64,000 bases of DNA, from contig NC_086128.1 in NCBI RefSeq assembly GCF_963921235.1, positions 26,474,001 to 26,538,000 of the forward strand, written 5' to 3'. The DNA comes from Mobula hypostoma. Taxonomy: Eukaryota. Positions 12,501 to 29,219 of the stretch are shown here, piece by piece. A program made the position numbers and the translations under genes. Below the pieces are notes generated by a model that made no database searches, was not told the DNA's origin, and saw only the letters and a program-made list of their open reading frames with translations. How positions within the stretch are numbered: the stretch's first letter is position 1; every line of letters begins with the position of its first letter.

Positions 12501-13470
12501 CTCATGTTTTTTTTCCCCTGCACCCTCTTCAGCTTAATCCCATCCTTCCTGTAGCTAGGTGACCAGAACTACACATGGTACTACAGGTGTAATCTTATCA
12601 ACATCTTTCACAGTTGCAACATACAACACAACCTTCAGCCCACGATTTTGTGCAAACCTTTCAACTTACTCCAAGAGCAATCTAGCCCTTCCCTCCCACA
12701 TAGCCCTCCATTTAATGTATCTGCCTCTACCACCACCCCTGGCAGCACATTCCACACACCCACCACTCTTTGTGTAAAACCCTACTTCTAACATCCCCCC
12801 TATGCTTTCATCCAGTTACCTTAAAATTATGCCCTTTTGTATTAGCCATTTCCACCCTGGGATAAAGTCTGTCTCTCCACTCGATCTATGCCTCTTATCA
12901 TCTTGTACACCTATCAAGTCATCTCTTATCCCCTTTGCTCCAGAGAAAAGCCCTAGCTTGCTTAAACTATCCTCAAAGACATCCTCATGAATCTTTTCTG
13001 CACCCTCCCTAGCTTACAACATAGAACACTACAGTACAAAAGAACCACAATGTTGTATAACTAAGCAAACTATTAATTAAACACCTAACTAAACTAATCC
13101 CTTCAGCCAACATGCTGCCCATATCCTTCCATTCCTTGCACATCCATGTGCCTGTCTAACAGCCTCAAATACCTATCGTACCCGACCACCATCATCCCTG
13201 GAAACAGATTGCTGGCACCCACCACTCTGTGTGAAAGGAAAAAAAATTGCCTCACACATCTCCTTTGAACTTAGGCCTCTAACCTTAAATATATGCCTTC
13301 TGGTGTAACATAACTCATGCTCTCCAGTCCCAGTAACATTTCGGTGGACCTTTATTGTACCCTCTTCAGCTTAACCTGAAGCAGAGGTTGAGAGGTAGTT
13401 AATTAGTAAGGGGATCAAAGGTTATGGGGAAAAGTCAGAATGAAGTTACCCACTAACCAACCCTTCCACA
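9550..13470 (-). mobile_element. Cluster of decayed CR1 and Rex fragments, including an RT core at 11337-11741
   Basis: ORF with FTLYVDDLD...FADDTKIGG...LGEWAKKWLMEYSVGKC, typical of CR1 RT; repeated minus-strand CR1 tails. Confidence 0.75.
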
Positions 13471-14069
13471 CCCCCAACCACCACTACTTTATCATTTACT
13501 GTTGGTCACCTTATGTTCAGACACCCCTGTGCCTAGCATCACTTTATGGATTATACAATGTATCTTGCATATTTATTGTGTGCGTATTTTAAAATTATTT
13601 ATTCCTCATCTTATTGTGTTTTGTTTGTGCTGCATCTGATCTGGAGTAACAATTATTTCAATCTCCTTTACACTCGTATATTGGAAATTACATTAAACAA
13701 TCTTGAAAATAAATCAGCCATGATTGAACAGTCAATGGGCTGAACAAACTAATTCTACTATGTTTTTATGGTCTTAATCCCACCCTGGGTGGCCAGAACT
13801 GCACACAATACTCCAGGTGCGGTATCACCAACGCCAGCCAGCAGTCCCAGTCTCTCCATATGACTCCTGCCCCAGCGAGATGTCTCATCCAACTAAATGC
13901 TGATGACCGTTCATGCCCCATTTTCAGTGCACAGGGATGACCCCAAGGTTCCAGTTGTCTACCACCTATCCCATGATATCTCCCTCCCTGTGGCATCCTG
14001 CCCCAACACAACAGGTCTGACCCAAGCTGAGAAACACCAATTCATCCTCTGCTTGGCGGTTTGCAACGA

Positions 14070-15150
14070 CTTTGAAGGCGTCCTGCCTAGCAGGCTGCTC
14101 TGGAAGGTTAGGTCCTGTTGAATCCAGGGAGAGCTAAGTTGGTGGGTTCAGCGTTGGCGTGTAAGTAGGAAGCACAGGGTGGTGGCTGAAGGTTGTTTCT
14201 TGGAATGGAGGCCAGTGACTAGTGTGCCACAGGGGTTAATACTGGGACCCTTTTTATTCCTTGCTTATTTAAATGGTTCAGATGGCAAGGCACAAGCTTG
14301 ATTGGCAAATTTGCAGATGACACTAATTAGATGGTCGTGTTGATAGTGAAGGTTATCATAGATTACAGGGGGATCTTGATCAGTTAGGGAAGTGGGCTAA
14401 GGAGTGGTAAATGGATTTCAGCCTGCACCTGTGCTGTGTTCCTCCACAAGATGTTTCATATAGTGGGGGGAAGTCTAGGACCAGAAGGCACAGCCTCGGG
14501 ATAGAGGGACATCCCTTGAGAACAGAAAGGAGGAAATATATCTTTATCCAGAGAGTGGCGAATCTATGGAATTCATTTCCACAGATGACTGAGCAGACCA
14601 AGTCACTGGGTGTATTTGAGGAGGTTGATAGGTTTATGATTAGTAAGGGCATCGAAGGTAATGAGGAGATGGAAGAATGGGGTTGAGAGGGAAAATAAAT
14701 TAGCCATTATGGAATGAAACAGCAGACCCAATGGGTTGAATGGCCTAATTCTGCTCAAGTCCCAGGGTAGAAATGGTTAATACGAAAAGGCATAATTTTG
14801 AGGTGAATGGAGGAAAGTTTGGAGGGGGGGGCGGTGCGGAAGACAGAGGCAAGTTCTTTACACAATGAGAGGTCAATGCGTGAATGCACTGTCAGGGGTG
14901 GTGGTAGAGGCTGATACATTAGGGACATTTAGGAGACTTAGGCACATGGATGATAGAAAAATGGAGGGCAATGTGGGACAGAAGGATTGAATTGATCTTA
15001 AGAGTGTGGGCCTTAAAACTCTACAGTTCCGTGCAGGCCCTATGTTTAAGTCAGAATAGAAGGATGTCCCTTTAGAACTGGGAAAGGAGGAAACCATGGG
15101 AATTATTGCCATGGAGGGCAGTAGAGGGTAGGTCACTGGGTGTATTAATG
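14070..15150 (+). mobile_element. Decayed CR1 fragments
   Basis: KFADDT motif near 14310; SRTRRHSL...RVANLWNSFP C-terminal motif. Confidence 0.7.
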
Positions 15151-16591
15151 GCAGAGATTGATGGGCTCGGTTACCGGGTGAAAAAGAAAAGTGACAGTTG
15201 AAAGGCAGTGCTGACCTCATTCTACCCAGCATATTCTGGCATCACCAGCGACACTCCCCGCGCTCAAACAGAGACAACCCAGACAGTGTTACGTATTGTA
15301 AAGTAGTTCTTAATACATCTGACAAAATAGCACATGTTGGTTTCTGTAGAAAAAAAAGGAAAGAGGGTGCCTCTCTCTCCCTACAAGGGGTGCCTGGTGG
15401 TGGGAAGGGTCCTATAACAACACGACTCAATATTTGTTAAAAATCTTCAACACATGCGGGACAGGGGGGAGATTACTGTACAATATTGGGAACATCTGCA
15501 CTCTGTGTGACAGCAGAGAGAGAGGCACTTTCTCACTGGGTTGGGGGGAGGGGGGGTTGTGCAGGGGAGGACAGCAGAATGGGGATAGTAGAATATCTCT
15601 CCCCAAACCCCAAACAGAACTACCTCCTGTCGGGGGGGGGGGGGTTGGTAGTGATGGAATAATTCCCCAGAGGGAGGACACTGGACTCTTGGGAGGGTAG
15701 AGAGAGACAAGAGAGGGTTAGAATTTGGGAACAGGGGCTGGACTGAGGGACCCCACCACCCTCGCACCCTGCCTTGCTGGTCCCTGGGAATGCCACTGGG
15801 GGGGGGGGCGGGGGAGAAGAGAGGTGTGGGGGGGGGGGTTACTGGCTTTATCTGAGCAAAGGCTACAGGGAAGTGGGTCCACTGGCACCGGGAGGAGAGT
15901 CAGCTGGCTATGGCCGGTGACAAGAGGGCAGAATGGACACACACATACAGGCAATCACTTGCACAGTGTGAGCACACAAGCACTTGTACAACACGCGCAT
16001 GTACTTCACAACCTTCCACACCAGCTACATAGAATAAATCCAGATTCCTGACTGGTTGGGAGGATGGGGATTTGGGGGGGGGGTGGTGGAGGAGGGTGTG
16101 CACTTGGAGCAGGAGAAGATCAGAAAGCGGACTGCAGACAGGGGACCCTACCAGTTATGGGGGAGTGTTGGGGTTCTGGTATCTTGCTAACATACAGATG
16201 AAGGATGCAGTACATGAATGACACACGCTTCCCCAGACACACATGCGCAGACTCGTCCTCTACCTGCCCGGGCCAAACTGCAGTGGGAAGGGAGGAGAGG
16301 GAGAATGACAGGGAAGGGAGGAGAGGGACAGCTGGGTAAGAGTACAGAGAAGGGATGTTGAGGTTGGAGAGGAGAGAGGGAGTGGGGATTCAGATTAGAA
16401 CCTAACCCCACGTCCTCCAGTTAAAACTCAAGAGCTGGGAGACTTCACCCAGTGAGAGGAACGACTCTCACCTCCCCTCTCTTTTCCTTCCCACCCCTGC
16501 ACCCTCCCTCCCTCCTCAAACCTACAGCCCCCAGGGAGGGTGTGGTAGGAGGGAGGGAGGGAGAGGACAGGCAGCGGGGACACGCCTGCAT

Positions 16592-16912
<321 letters not shown>

Positions 16913-17080
16913 TCATTCCCTCCCCACTCCTGCTCATTCCATCCCCTCCTCCTCAACCTCACAATCCCTTTCTCTCTGTACCCCTATAGCCCCCTCACCA
17001 TCACTCCCCCCTCCCTCCCCACCCCTTCCATACTCAACTCTCCCTCCCTCCATCTTCACTAACCCCACACCCTTCCCTCA

Positions 17081-20488
<3,408 letters not shown>

Positions 20489-21161
20489 TGTGAAGGAAAG
20501 AGTTAATTGTGATTCCTCCTTAGTATGTACCAAAATAAAAAGGAAATTCAAAAGCAAAGTGGTGTCAGGTTGGAACGTGGTGACAATCTGGGGATATGCA
20601 CCAGTGCACATCTCCATGATTCGATACTGAACAATGTTTTCCTCCTTCAGACCTGTTGACTGTTTTCCTAGATTGTGCGCCTGGGCTGAAGGTTGTTTTA
20701 AAAAAAGATGCAGCTGGTACCATCAAGGGTTGGAAAAATACTGAGGTGATAATTATGTTGTGCTTTGAAGGAATCTTAAGGAGTGTATAAAAGGGGCACT
20801 TTCTTTGTGTGGGGGAGAGATTTGTCTTAGGCTAGGTCACGACTGGTGCTAGTGCTCAGAGTTAGAGAAGTATAGACAAGGGGGAGGGGGGGCTGCATGA
20901 AAGATTATCGGATCTGTGGTTCTCTGACATTGCAGAGATCGGCTTGTTTAGTGGATTATAAGTATTATTTTGAATTCTGTATTGCTACTTATGTAAACTT
21001 TAGTTTTTCCTTCTCTGTTGAAATTGTACTCATTCTAATAAAGTGTTTTCTGGTGGCCTCAGCATGTGTACAGTGTCTCCTTTGTTTGCAAAATGCATAT
21101 GCAAACATACTGAGCTGAATAAGAGAAGAACAATGAATTTTAAAACAATTTTCATTACACA
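20489..21161 (+). mobile_element. Probable solo LTR inserted in a CR1 fragment
   Basis: TG...CA ends, TATAAAA 20786-20792, AATAAA 21037-21042; CR1 sequence is continuous on both sides. TSD unclear. Confidence 0.55.
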
Positions 21162-21538
21162 TGGAGAGAACGGCTCCATCAGTGGGAGAGCCTAGGATCC
21201 GAGAGCACAGCCTCAGAATGAAGGGACGTCCCTTTGGAACTGGGATGAAGAGGAAGGTGTGCTTAAAGCAGAGATGGAAGGAGCTATGGGTTACGGGGAG
21301 ACAGCAGGAGAATGGAGTTGGGAAAGTTGTTCAAACTGCATTTGGAGTATCAATAAGGCAGAGATGAACGGTTTCTTTGTTCTGCAGAAGAAGTCCGGAG
21401 AAGTAGGTTTTGGGGGGGGAGAACACCTGTCAGCTGGATGGGCTGAATAGCATAATTTTGCTCTAAACCTTACAGTACTATGGGATGAGGACATGGTTCA
21501 CTGCTGCCTCCCCAAGGGATGAAATGTGAATTGCTGAC

Positions 21539-21722
21539 CTCTTTTTTCCTCTTGGTTTTGGGCTCCTCATTGCCGTTGACGATGGCAGACTTGCGTTTGC
21601 TGTTATCCGGCTTGTCTCGGGAACCAGTGCCATTCTCCTTGTCCTTGTTGTAGGTTTTCAGGAACTCCCCGATCAGTTCTGGGCAGTCAAGGTTCTTCTC
21701 CGGCTCCCACGTGTTGTCAGCA
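21539..21722 (-). CDS. CBX5: CBX5 coding exon 2 (chromodomain end and hinge)
   Basis: DADNTWEPEKNLDCPELI...SKRKS...KRKKE; canonical sites, 184 nt. Confidence 0.96.
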
Positions 21723-22062
21723 CTGCCGGCAGGCAGGGGACACCGAGCGTCAGTGGAGGGCAATCGCAGGAGAATGAGGGGAGAGGGATAGAGTTGGGAG
21801 AGGGTAAGGATAGATGGGGTGGGGGAGGGAGGATGGAGACGGGGGTGGGACGGAAAGGGGAGAGATGGAGTGGAGAGAAAAGCAACACAGAAGGTAGCTT
21901 GGTCACAGCTGAGGGTAAGAAAAAGGCAGAGTGCGAGAAAGTGTGAGATGAAAGAGAGAAAGAGATAGAACGGGAACGAGAGAGGATGAGTGAAGGGGCA
22001 ATACTATGAGAGACAGGTGGGGTAAGTGGGCGGGGGTTGAAATGCACTGGTGATGGCACTTA

Positions 22063-22239
<177 letters not shown>

Positions 22240-22394
22240 TCAGCACTGTGGGATGAGCCCTCCCCTCTCCCAGACCCTCGGCTAACCTCACAACCCTGCC
22301 TGAATCAGAATAGCTCTCTTCATGCAGAGCACTGGAACAGGCCCTTTAAACCAACTCATGATCTCCACCCTGGAAAAAAAACTCTGGCTGTCTA

Positions 22395-23602
22395 TCTATA
22401 TACTACTAAAACTCTCATGCTCTGTCTGTCTGTTTGTGACCTCCAATTAGCGCAAGCAGTGCATTACAGCAGCATTTTTTTTGGCTAAATCGAATTAAAA
22501 TGCGCTAACTTACAGAATGCAGGCAAAGTTCAGGGTTATATACTCATATAAAATTGCTCATTCGCCAAATGTCAACAGGCTGGCTTTCACCTGAGACCCG
22601 ATCGGCCATCATGGAAATCGGGACGCGACAGCCCGACGCATGCGCACGGCCAGCCTCAGCAGCGATACCTATCGGAGCAAAAGGGCAGGGCAGCTCTATT
22701 TCGAGGGCTCACATTCTGCTAATCACCATCAGCATGTGCAGGATTGGGACAGATCTAACTGCCACCCATCAATAAGAGATAATTAAATCTTATTGTAATG
22801 ATGTACACCGAGACACCCATAAAACCCTTTGCTGCAGTCAAAGGACAGCGGTGACTATATCACATCCATTTAGAAGAGCGCCAACCACATCATCAAGAAT
22901 AATCAGCATCCTTTGGTGTTACTGCTTCGTATCCTCTATCCAGTATCAGGATAAAAAAAGGTCAGCCTAATTACGCTGCGTGAAAAGGGAAGGGGTGCAT
23001 TATGGTCAAGAGATGATGCCAAACGTCGTCGGGAAGCAACAAGGAGAGGGAGAGAACAAGAATCGGATGAGGCCAGGGCTGCACGACTCCAGGATCAAAG
23101 AGTCAGGACAAAAAAAGATGAGAGAAGAAGAGACAGAGGAGGAGAGGCATGCACGTCTCCAGGATCAGAGACAGACAGCAAACAGCAGAAGAGATGAAGA
23201 GACAGGGGATGAAAGGGCTGCACGTCTCCAGAATGACAAAAACAGGCACAGGAGGAGGAGAGATGAAGAGACAAAGGAGCTGAGAAATGCACGTCTCCAG
23301 GATCAGAGACAGAACAAACAGCAGAAGAGATAAAGAGATGACAGAAAGGGCTGCACATCTCCAGAATGACAAGGAGAGGCACAAGGGTGGCAGATAGACC
23401 AGAAATGATGCCGTCAAGTGTCCTTCGGTAAACGAGAAGCTATATTTGCTTTGCTACGTGTCGTTCTTCTTTAATAAACTGAGTCTTCTACTTCAGTTTC
23501 CAAAGCAAAGCAATACCAATAGCATTCAGGAAAATTTAATGTTCATTCTGGTCACATCACCTTCTCTCAAAGGGTGCCCCAACTGGTCACCCTGTTGTCT
23601 AG
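22395..23602 (+). mobile_element. Non-autonomous Helitron, 1208 bp
   Basis: 5' TCTATATAC; 3' hairpin GGGTGCCCCAACTGGTCACCC followed by CTAG. Inserted between A and T with no TSD, in a CR1 fragment. Internal 69-bp repeats. Confidence 0.85.
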
Positions 23603-24199
23603 TTTTATCTATGCCCCTTATCACCTTGTCTTATATACCTGTATTAAGTTACCTTTCATTCTCCTTCTCTTCAAAGAGAAAAGCCTTAGCTCACTCAACC
23701 TTTCATAAGACCTACTATCTGATCCAGACAGCATCCTGGTAAATCTCCACTGCACCCTCTCCAAAACTTCCACATCCTTCCTGTAATGAGGTGGCCAGAG
23801 TTTTATAGAGCTGCAACATTACCTTGCTGCTTCCAAGTAGTGATCACTCACTCTCCCTTTACAATCAATAATTAAAATATCAATCTTTCCTGGGCTCCCT
23901 TGTACTCTGCATATTAAAAATAAATGTAAAGAGCACGTTTGAGGGAATACACTTCTGTTGTAAATCACACACTTTAGATGAAAAGAAAATTAAGGAATAA
24001 ATTCCAAGCAAAGGGGCTTGTACAAAATTTCAATAAATTTATAGTTGAAATGCAAGTGGTTGCTACCCAGCAACCCCTGACAACCCTAATTTAATCCTAA
24101 CCTAATCGTGGGACAATTTACAATCACCAATTAACCTACTAACCAGTATGTTTTTGGACTGTGGGAGGAAAGTGGAACACCCAGATAAAATCCACACAT

Positions 24200-25290
24200 T
24201 CCAGAATCAGGATTATTTTCACCGGTATGTGTCGTGAAATTTGTTAACCTAGCAGCATTCAATGCAATACACAATATAGTAAGAGAGAAAATAATAATAA
24301 ATAACTCAATTACAGTGTACCTATATTGAATAGATTAAAAATCATGCAAAACATAATTATATTAAAAAATGTGAGGTAGTGTTCACAGGTTCAATGTCCA
24401 TTTAGGAATCGGATGGCAGAGGGGAAGAAGCTGTTCCTGAATCGCTGAGTATGTGCCTTCAGGATTCTGTATCTCCTACCTTATGGTAACAGTGAATAAA
24501 GGGCATGCCCTGGGTGGTGGCGGGGGGGTCCTTAATAATGGACACTGCCTTTCTGAGACACCGCTCCTTGAAGATGTCCTGGGTACTTTGTAGGCCCAAG
24601 GAGCCAACTAAATCTATGACCCTCTGCAGCTTCTTTCGGTCCTGTGTAGAAGCCCCCTCATACCAGACAGTGATGCAGAATGCTCTCCGCGGTATATCTA
24701 TAGAAGTTTTTGAGTGTATTTGTTGACATGCCAAATCTCTTCAAACTCCTAATGAAGTATAGCCACTGTATCGCCTTCTTTATAACTACATCAATATGTT
24801 GGGACCAGGTTAGATCCTCAGAGATCTTGACACCCAGGAACTTGAAGCTGCTCACTCTCTCCACTTCTGATCCCTCTGAGGATTGGTATATGTTCCTTCA
24901 TCTTACCCTTCCTGAAGTCCACAGTCAGCTCTTTCGTCTTACTGATGTTGAGTGCCAGGTTGTTGCTGTGACACCATTCCACTAGATGGTATATTTTGCT
25001 CCTGTACACCCTCTCGTCACCACCTGAGATTCTACCAACAATAGTCGTATCATCAGTAAATTTATAGATGGTATTTGAGCCACACAGTCATGTGTATATA
25101 GAGGGAATAGAGCAGTGGGCTAAGCAGACACCCCTGAGCTGCAGCAGTGTTAATCATCAGCAAGCAGGAGACGTTATCACCAATCTGCACAGATTGTTGT
25201 CTTCTGGTTAGGAAGTCGAGGATCCAATTGCGGAGGGAGGTACAGAGGCCCAGGTTCTGTAACTTATCAATCAGGGTTGTGGGAATCCTC
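24200..25290 (-). mobile_element. Rex/Babar-type LINE, 3' half, frameshifted
   Basis: QGCLLSPLLYSLY, WCHSNNLALNISKTKELTVDFRK, ERVSSFKFLGVKISEDLTWS. Confidence 0.85.
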
Positions 25291-26149
25291 AGGGAGGACA
25301 TACAGAGGCTCCTTACAGAACGGCACTGGAATTGAACTCTGACGCCTCAAGTTGTAGTAGCTTCCATGGCACCCTTGGAGTACATAATGAGTGGCAAATG
25401 AATGAGAAGTGTTTAAAATTATTAGTCTTAGCCAAGATGGATGTTAAGTCTGTTACCCAGGATAGGGCAGTGCAAAACCAGACTGCATAGATTCAAGGTG
25501 GGGGGGGGGGTGGAAGAAGAGAAAATTTAAAAGGTTCTCAAGGGCAAATTTTTCCACACAAAAGGTGGCGAGAACATGGAACGAGCTACCAGAGGAAGTG
25601 GTTGAGGCAGGAACAACAGTGTAATTTAAGAAGCACTTGGACAGGTACATGGAGGGGAGGAGCTTGGAGGGATATGGGCTGAACACAGGAAATTGGAGAC
25701 TAGTTGGGTGGGCACTATGGTGGGCATGGCCTGGTTAGGTCAAAGGGCCTGTATCTGTGTTGTATTACTCTATGGCTCTGTTTGAGAAAATATTTTGCAT
25801 CTGTTGTCTGCCAAGATTTAACATTTTATGCAATACATTTGTTACACTTATTAACATGCACTTTACAGTTCCTTGTGAGGTCATGTTCTAGACCCCTAAA
25901 GGCTATTGCTCAAGTGGAGAGGGACTCAAATCAGTGACATCTAGAGGGACCTAGGAGCTTGTAGGTGAATCTCGACCAGGTCAGGATGCACTCAGACATG
26001 AGAGATTGCAAATGCTGGATATGTGGAGCAACACAAGATGCTGGAGGAACCCAGCAGGTCAGGTAGTATCTATGATGGGAAATAAACAGTTGATTTTTCC
26101 TGCCAAGACCCTTCATCAGGATGGAAAAGAATAAATAATAAATAAATAG

Positions 26150-28720
26150 CAACAGAAAACATGAGATGAGTCTTTGAAGGTGCATAGGTTTGGGAACATT
26201 TTCAATAATGGGGCAAGTGATGTTGTAATAAGTTATCCCCTTTGGTTCACGGGCCTGATGGCTGAGGGGTAATAACTATTCCTGAACCTGGTGGTGAGAG
26301 TCCTGAGGCTCCTGTATCACCTCCCTGATGGCAACAGGAAGAGGAGAGCATGGCCTGGGTGGTGGGGATCTCTGATGGACAGCGCTTTTATGACAGCATT
26401 TCCTGTAGATGTGCTCATTGGCTTTACCTGTGATGTACTGAGCTGAATACACTATTTTTTGTAGGATTTTCCGTTCAAGGTCTTGGTCTTGCTGACATTG
26501 AGTGAGAGGTTGTTTTTATGACTCTACTCAGCCAGATTTTCAATCTCTCTCCTATATGCAGCCAACAATAGTCGTGTCATCAGCAAACTTGAATATGGCA
26601 TTGGAGCTGTGCTTAGTCACACAAGTAGAGCAGAGGGCTAAGCACAGAAACTTGTGCTGTACCCTATGCTGATGGAGATATTGTTGCCAGTCCAAACTGA
26701 CTGGGATCTGCAAGTGAGGAAAATGAGGATCCAATTGTAGAAGGAGGTATTGAGGCACAAACAACAGAAGAATAAATACCAAGCAGAGGGGCTTTAACTA
26801 TAAATTTATTGAAAATTTTGTTCAAGTGCAAGTGGCTGCTACCCAGCAACCCCTGACAACCCCAATTTAACCCTAACCTAATTTTGAAGCTTACTGATCA
26901 GACTTGAGGGGATCATGGTACTGATGTTGAGCTGTAGTCAATATAAAGCATCCTGATATATGTACCTTTGCTATCCAGATGTTCCAGGGTTGAGTGAAGA
27001 GCCAATGAGATGGCATCTGCTGTGGACCTGTTGCTCCGGTAGGCAAATTGGAGTAGATCCAAGTCGCTTCTCAGGCAGGAGTTGATATGTTTCATCACCA
27101 CCCTCTCAAAACACTTCATCACTGTGGATGTAGGTGCTACTGGGCAATAGTCATGGAGGCAGGTCACCACGTTCCTCTTGGGCACCAGTACAAATGAAGT
27201 CTGCTTGAAGCAGGTGGGTACCTCAGTCTGCTGAAGGGAGAGGTTAAAGATCTCAGTGAACAGTTGACCAGAACAGGTCTTTAGTACCTGGTCAGGTAAC
27301 CCATCTGTGCCGGATGCTTTTCGTGGGTTCACCCTCCTGAAAAATGATCACACATCAGCCTCAGGGACTGAAATCACAGCATCATCAGGGGCTGTGGGAG
27401 TGTGTGAAGGTTCCTCCACAGAAGACATTGAGCTCATCTGGATGCGGAGCCCAGCTGTCTCCTCTGTCACTTGATTTAACTTTAGAGAGGTGAAGGCATT
27501 CAACCACTGACACAGCTGTTGAGCATCCCTTGTTGAGTCAAGTTTGATTTGGAAGTCACTTCACCCATGAGATGGCTTTCCAGAGATAATACCTAGACCT
27601 CTTGTAATTTTCTTGATCTCTAGACTTGAATGCCTCAGATCTGGCCCTTGGCAGATTTTGGATCTCATGGCTCATCCAGTACTTCTGGTTGAGGAACACT
27701 CTGATTTTGTGGGGGCACACAAGTCTACAGCTGATTTGATAAAGTCCATTGCTTGAACACAGCCTAGTGCACTAACTCGAAGCAGTCCCATAACCACTCC
27801 TCTGCCTCCCTCAACCATCTCTTAGTTGGCCTAATCTCTGGAGCTTTGTTCTTCAGCCTCTGCCTGTATGCAGGTAGGACAGCCAAGTGATTCAATTTAC
27901 TAAAATGCGGTCTGGGCACGGAACGGTAGGCAGAATAATAGTAGCTTAGTGTGTTGGGGCCTCTGGTGCTACAGGTTATATGCTGATTGTAATTGCGCAG
28001 TTTTCTTCAAACAAGCCTGGTTAAAGTCTGTGACTATGATTTGAAATACATCGGGATAAGACTGTTTCTTTTTCCAGACGACATCGTGCAGTGTCACTAG
28101 CACTTAATTATAGTTGGCCACTACTGGTATGTAAACTCCAGTGAGGAATATGGAGGAGAGCACCCTAGGTAAATAGAATGGACGGCATTTGATTGTTAGG
28201 TGTTCAAGATCAGGGGAACAGGATGTGACAGAACTGCCAAGTCGGAGCTCTTCATAAAACACACACCTCATCCTTTTGCCTTTCCTGAATCAGCAATTCA
28301 GTACATCAGTACATTCTGTGAAACTAGAATGCTTCAAGTTTGATCACTGTATCTGGCGTGCCTGGAGAAAGCCATGTTTCAATAAAGCATCCAATGGTAC
28401 AGAGTTTACTTCAATACAGCAATCTTGCCCTCATGTCCTCAATTTTGTTATCCAGTGAGTGCAGTTTTTCCAACTGCCTTGGAGTTCTCCCCCCACCCCC
28501 CACCCCCCACCCCACCTTGCTTTCAGCCACGGCAGTGAACCTTACAGGTGCCACAGCTGACTGGTCTGGTTTCTTCAGTCGATTGTGAGATTTGAAGATC
28601 ATTGAGTTGATTTAAAAGTCCATTGCTTGGAACGAAGTTGCAAGCTGCAGATATATTTAATAGAATTTTTGGAACAATTTTCTGCAGCCCACAGAACATC
28701 ACCGATGATCACTGCCGCTA
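26150..28720 (-). mobile_element. Decayed near-full-length Rex/Babar-type LINE (endonuclease and RT remnants)
   Basis: ORF 26913-27332 RT (LQFAYRSNRSTADAI), KFADDTT, N-terminal SLDNKIEDMRARL. Confidence 0.8.
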
Positions 28721-29219
28721 TCTTGTTCTTCCTTGTTCACAAGGAACTCGCTGGGACTAGAGGGCCCAAGTTTTAAGAAGAACTGGACAGGCTTGGAGAG
28801 TGAAAGCAAAGGAGTCTGAGGGGTGACTTGATAGATGTGCATAAAACCCAAGAGGAACACAGATAGGTGGTCTTTTCCCCTAGGGGTACAAGAGTCTAAA
28901 ACTAGAGGGCATGGGTTTAAAGTGAGAGGGGAAAGACTTAGAGGACCTGAGGGGCAAGTTTTAGGGGTTTATTAAAACATTCAAGAAGAGTTGCTAAAAA
29001 AAATTAGCATCCTGCATTTGATGACATAGTGACCATATTTCTGGCATCTCAGGTAGACACCATGGCCGAGAAAGCTCACCAGAGCCCCTTACTTTCTTAG
29101 GAAGCCAAAGAAATTTGGCAACCTTCATCAATGCACCAAAGAAAGCATTCTATCTGAATGCAACACAGCTTGTACGGCAACTGCAGAGTTGTGGACATAC
29201 AGCTGCAAGAAAAAGATAG

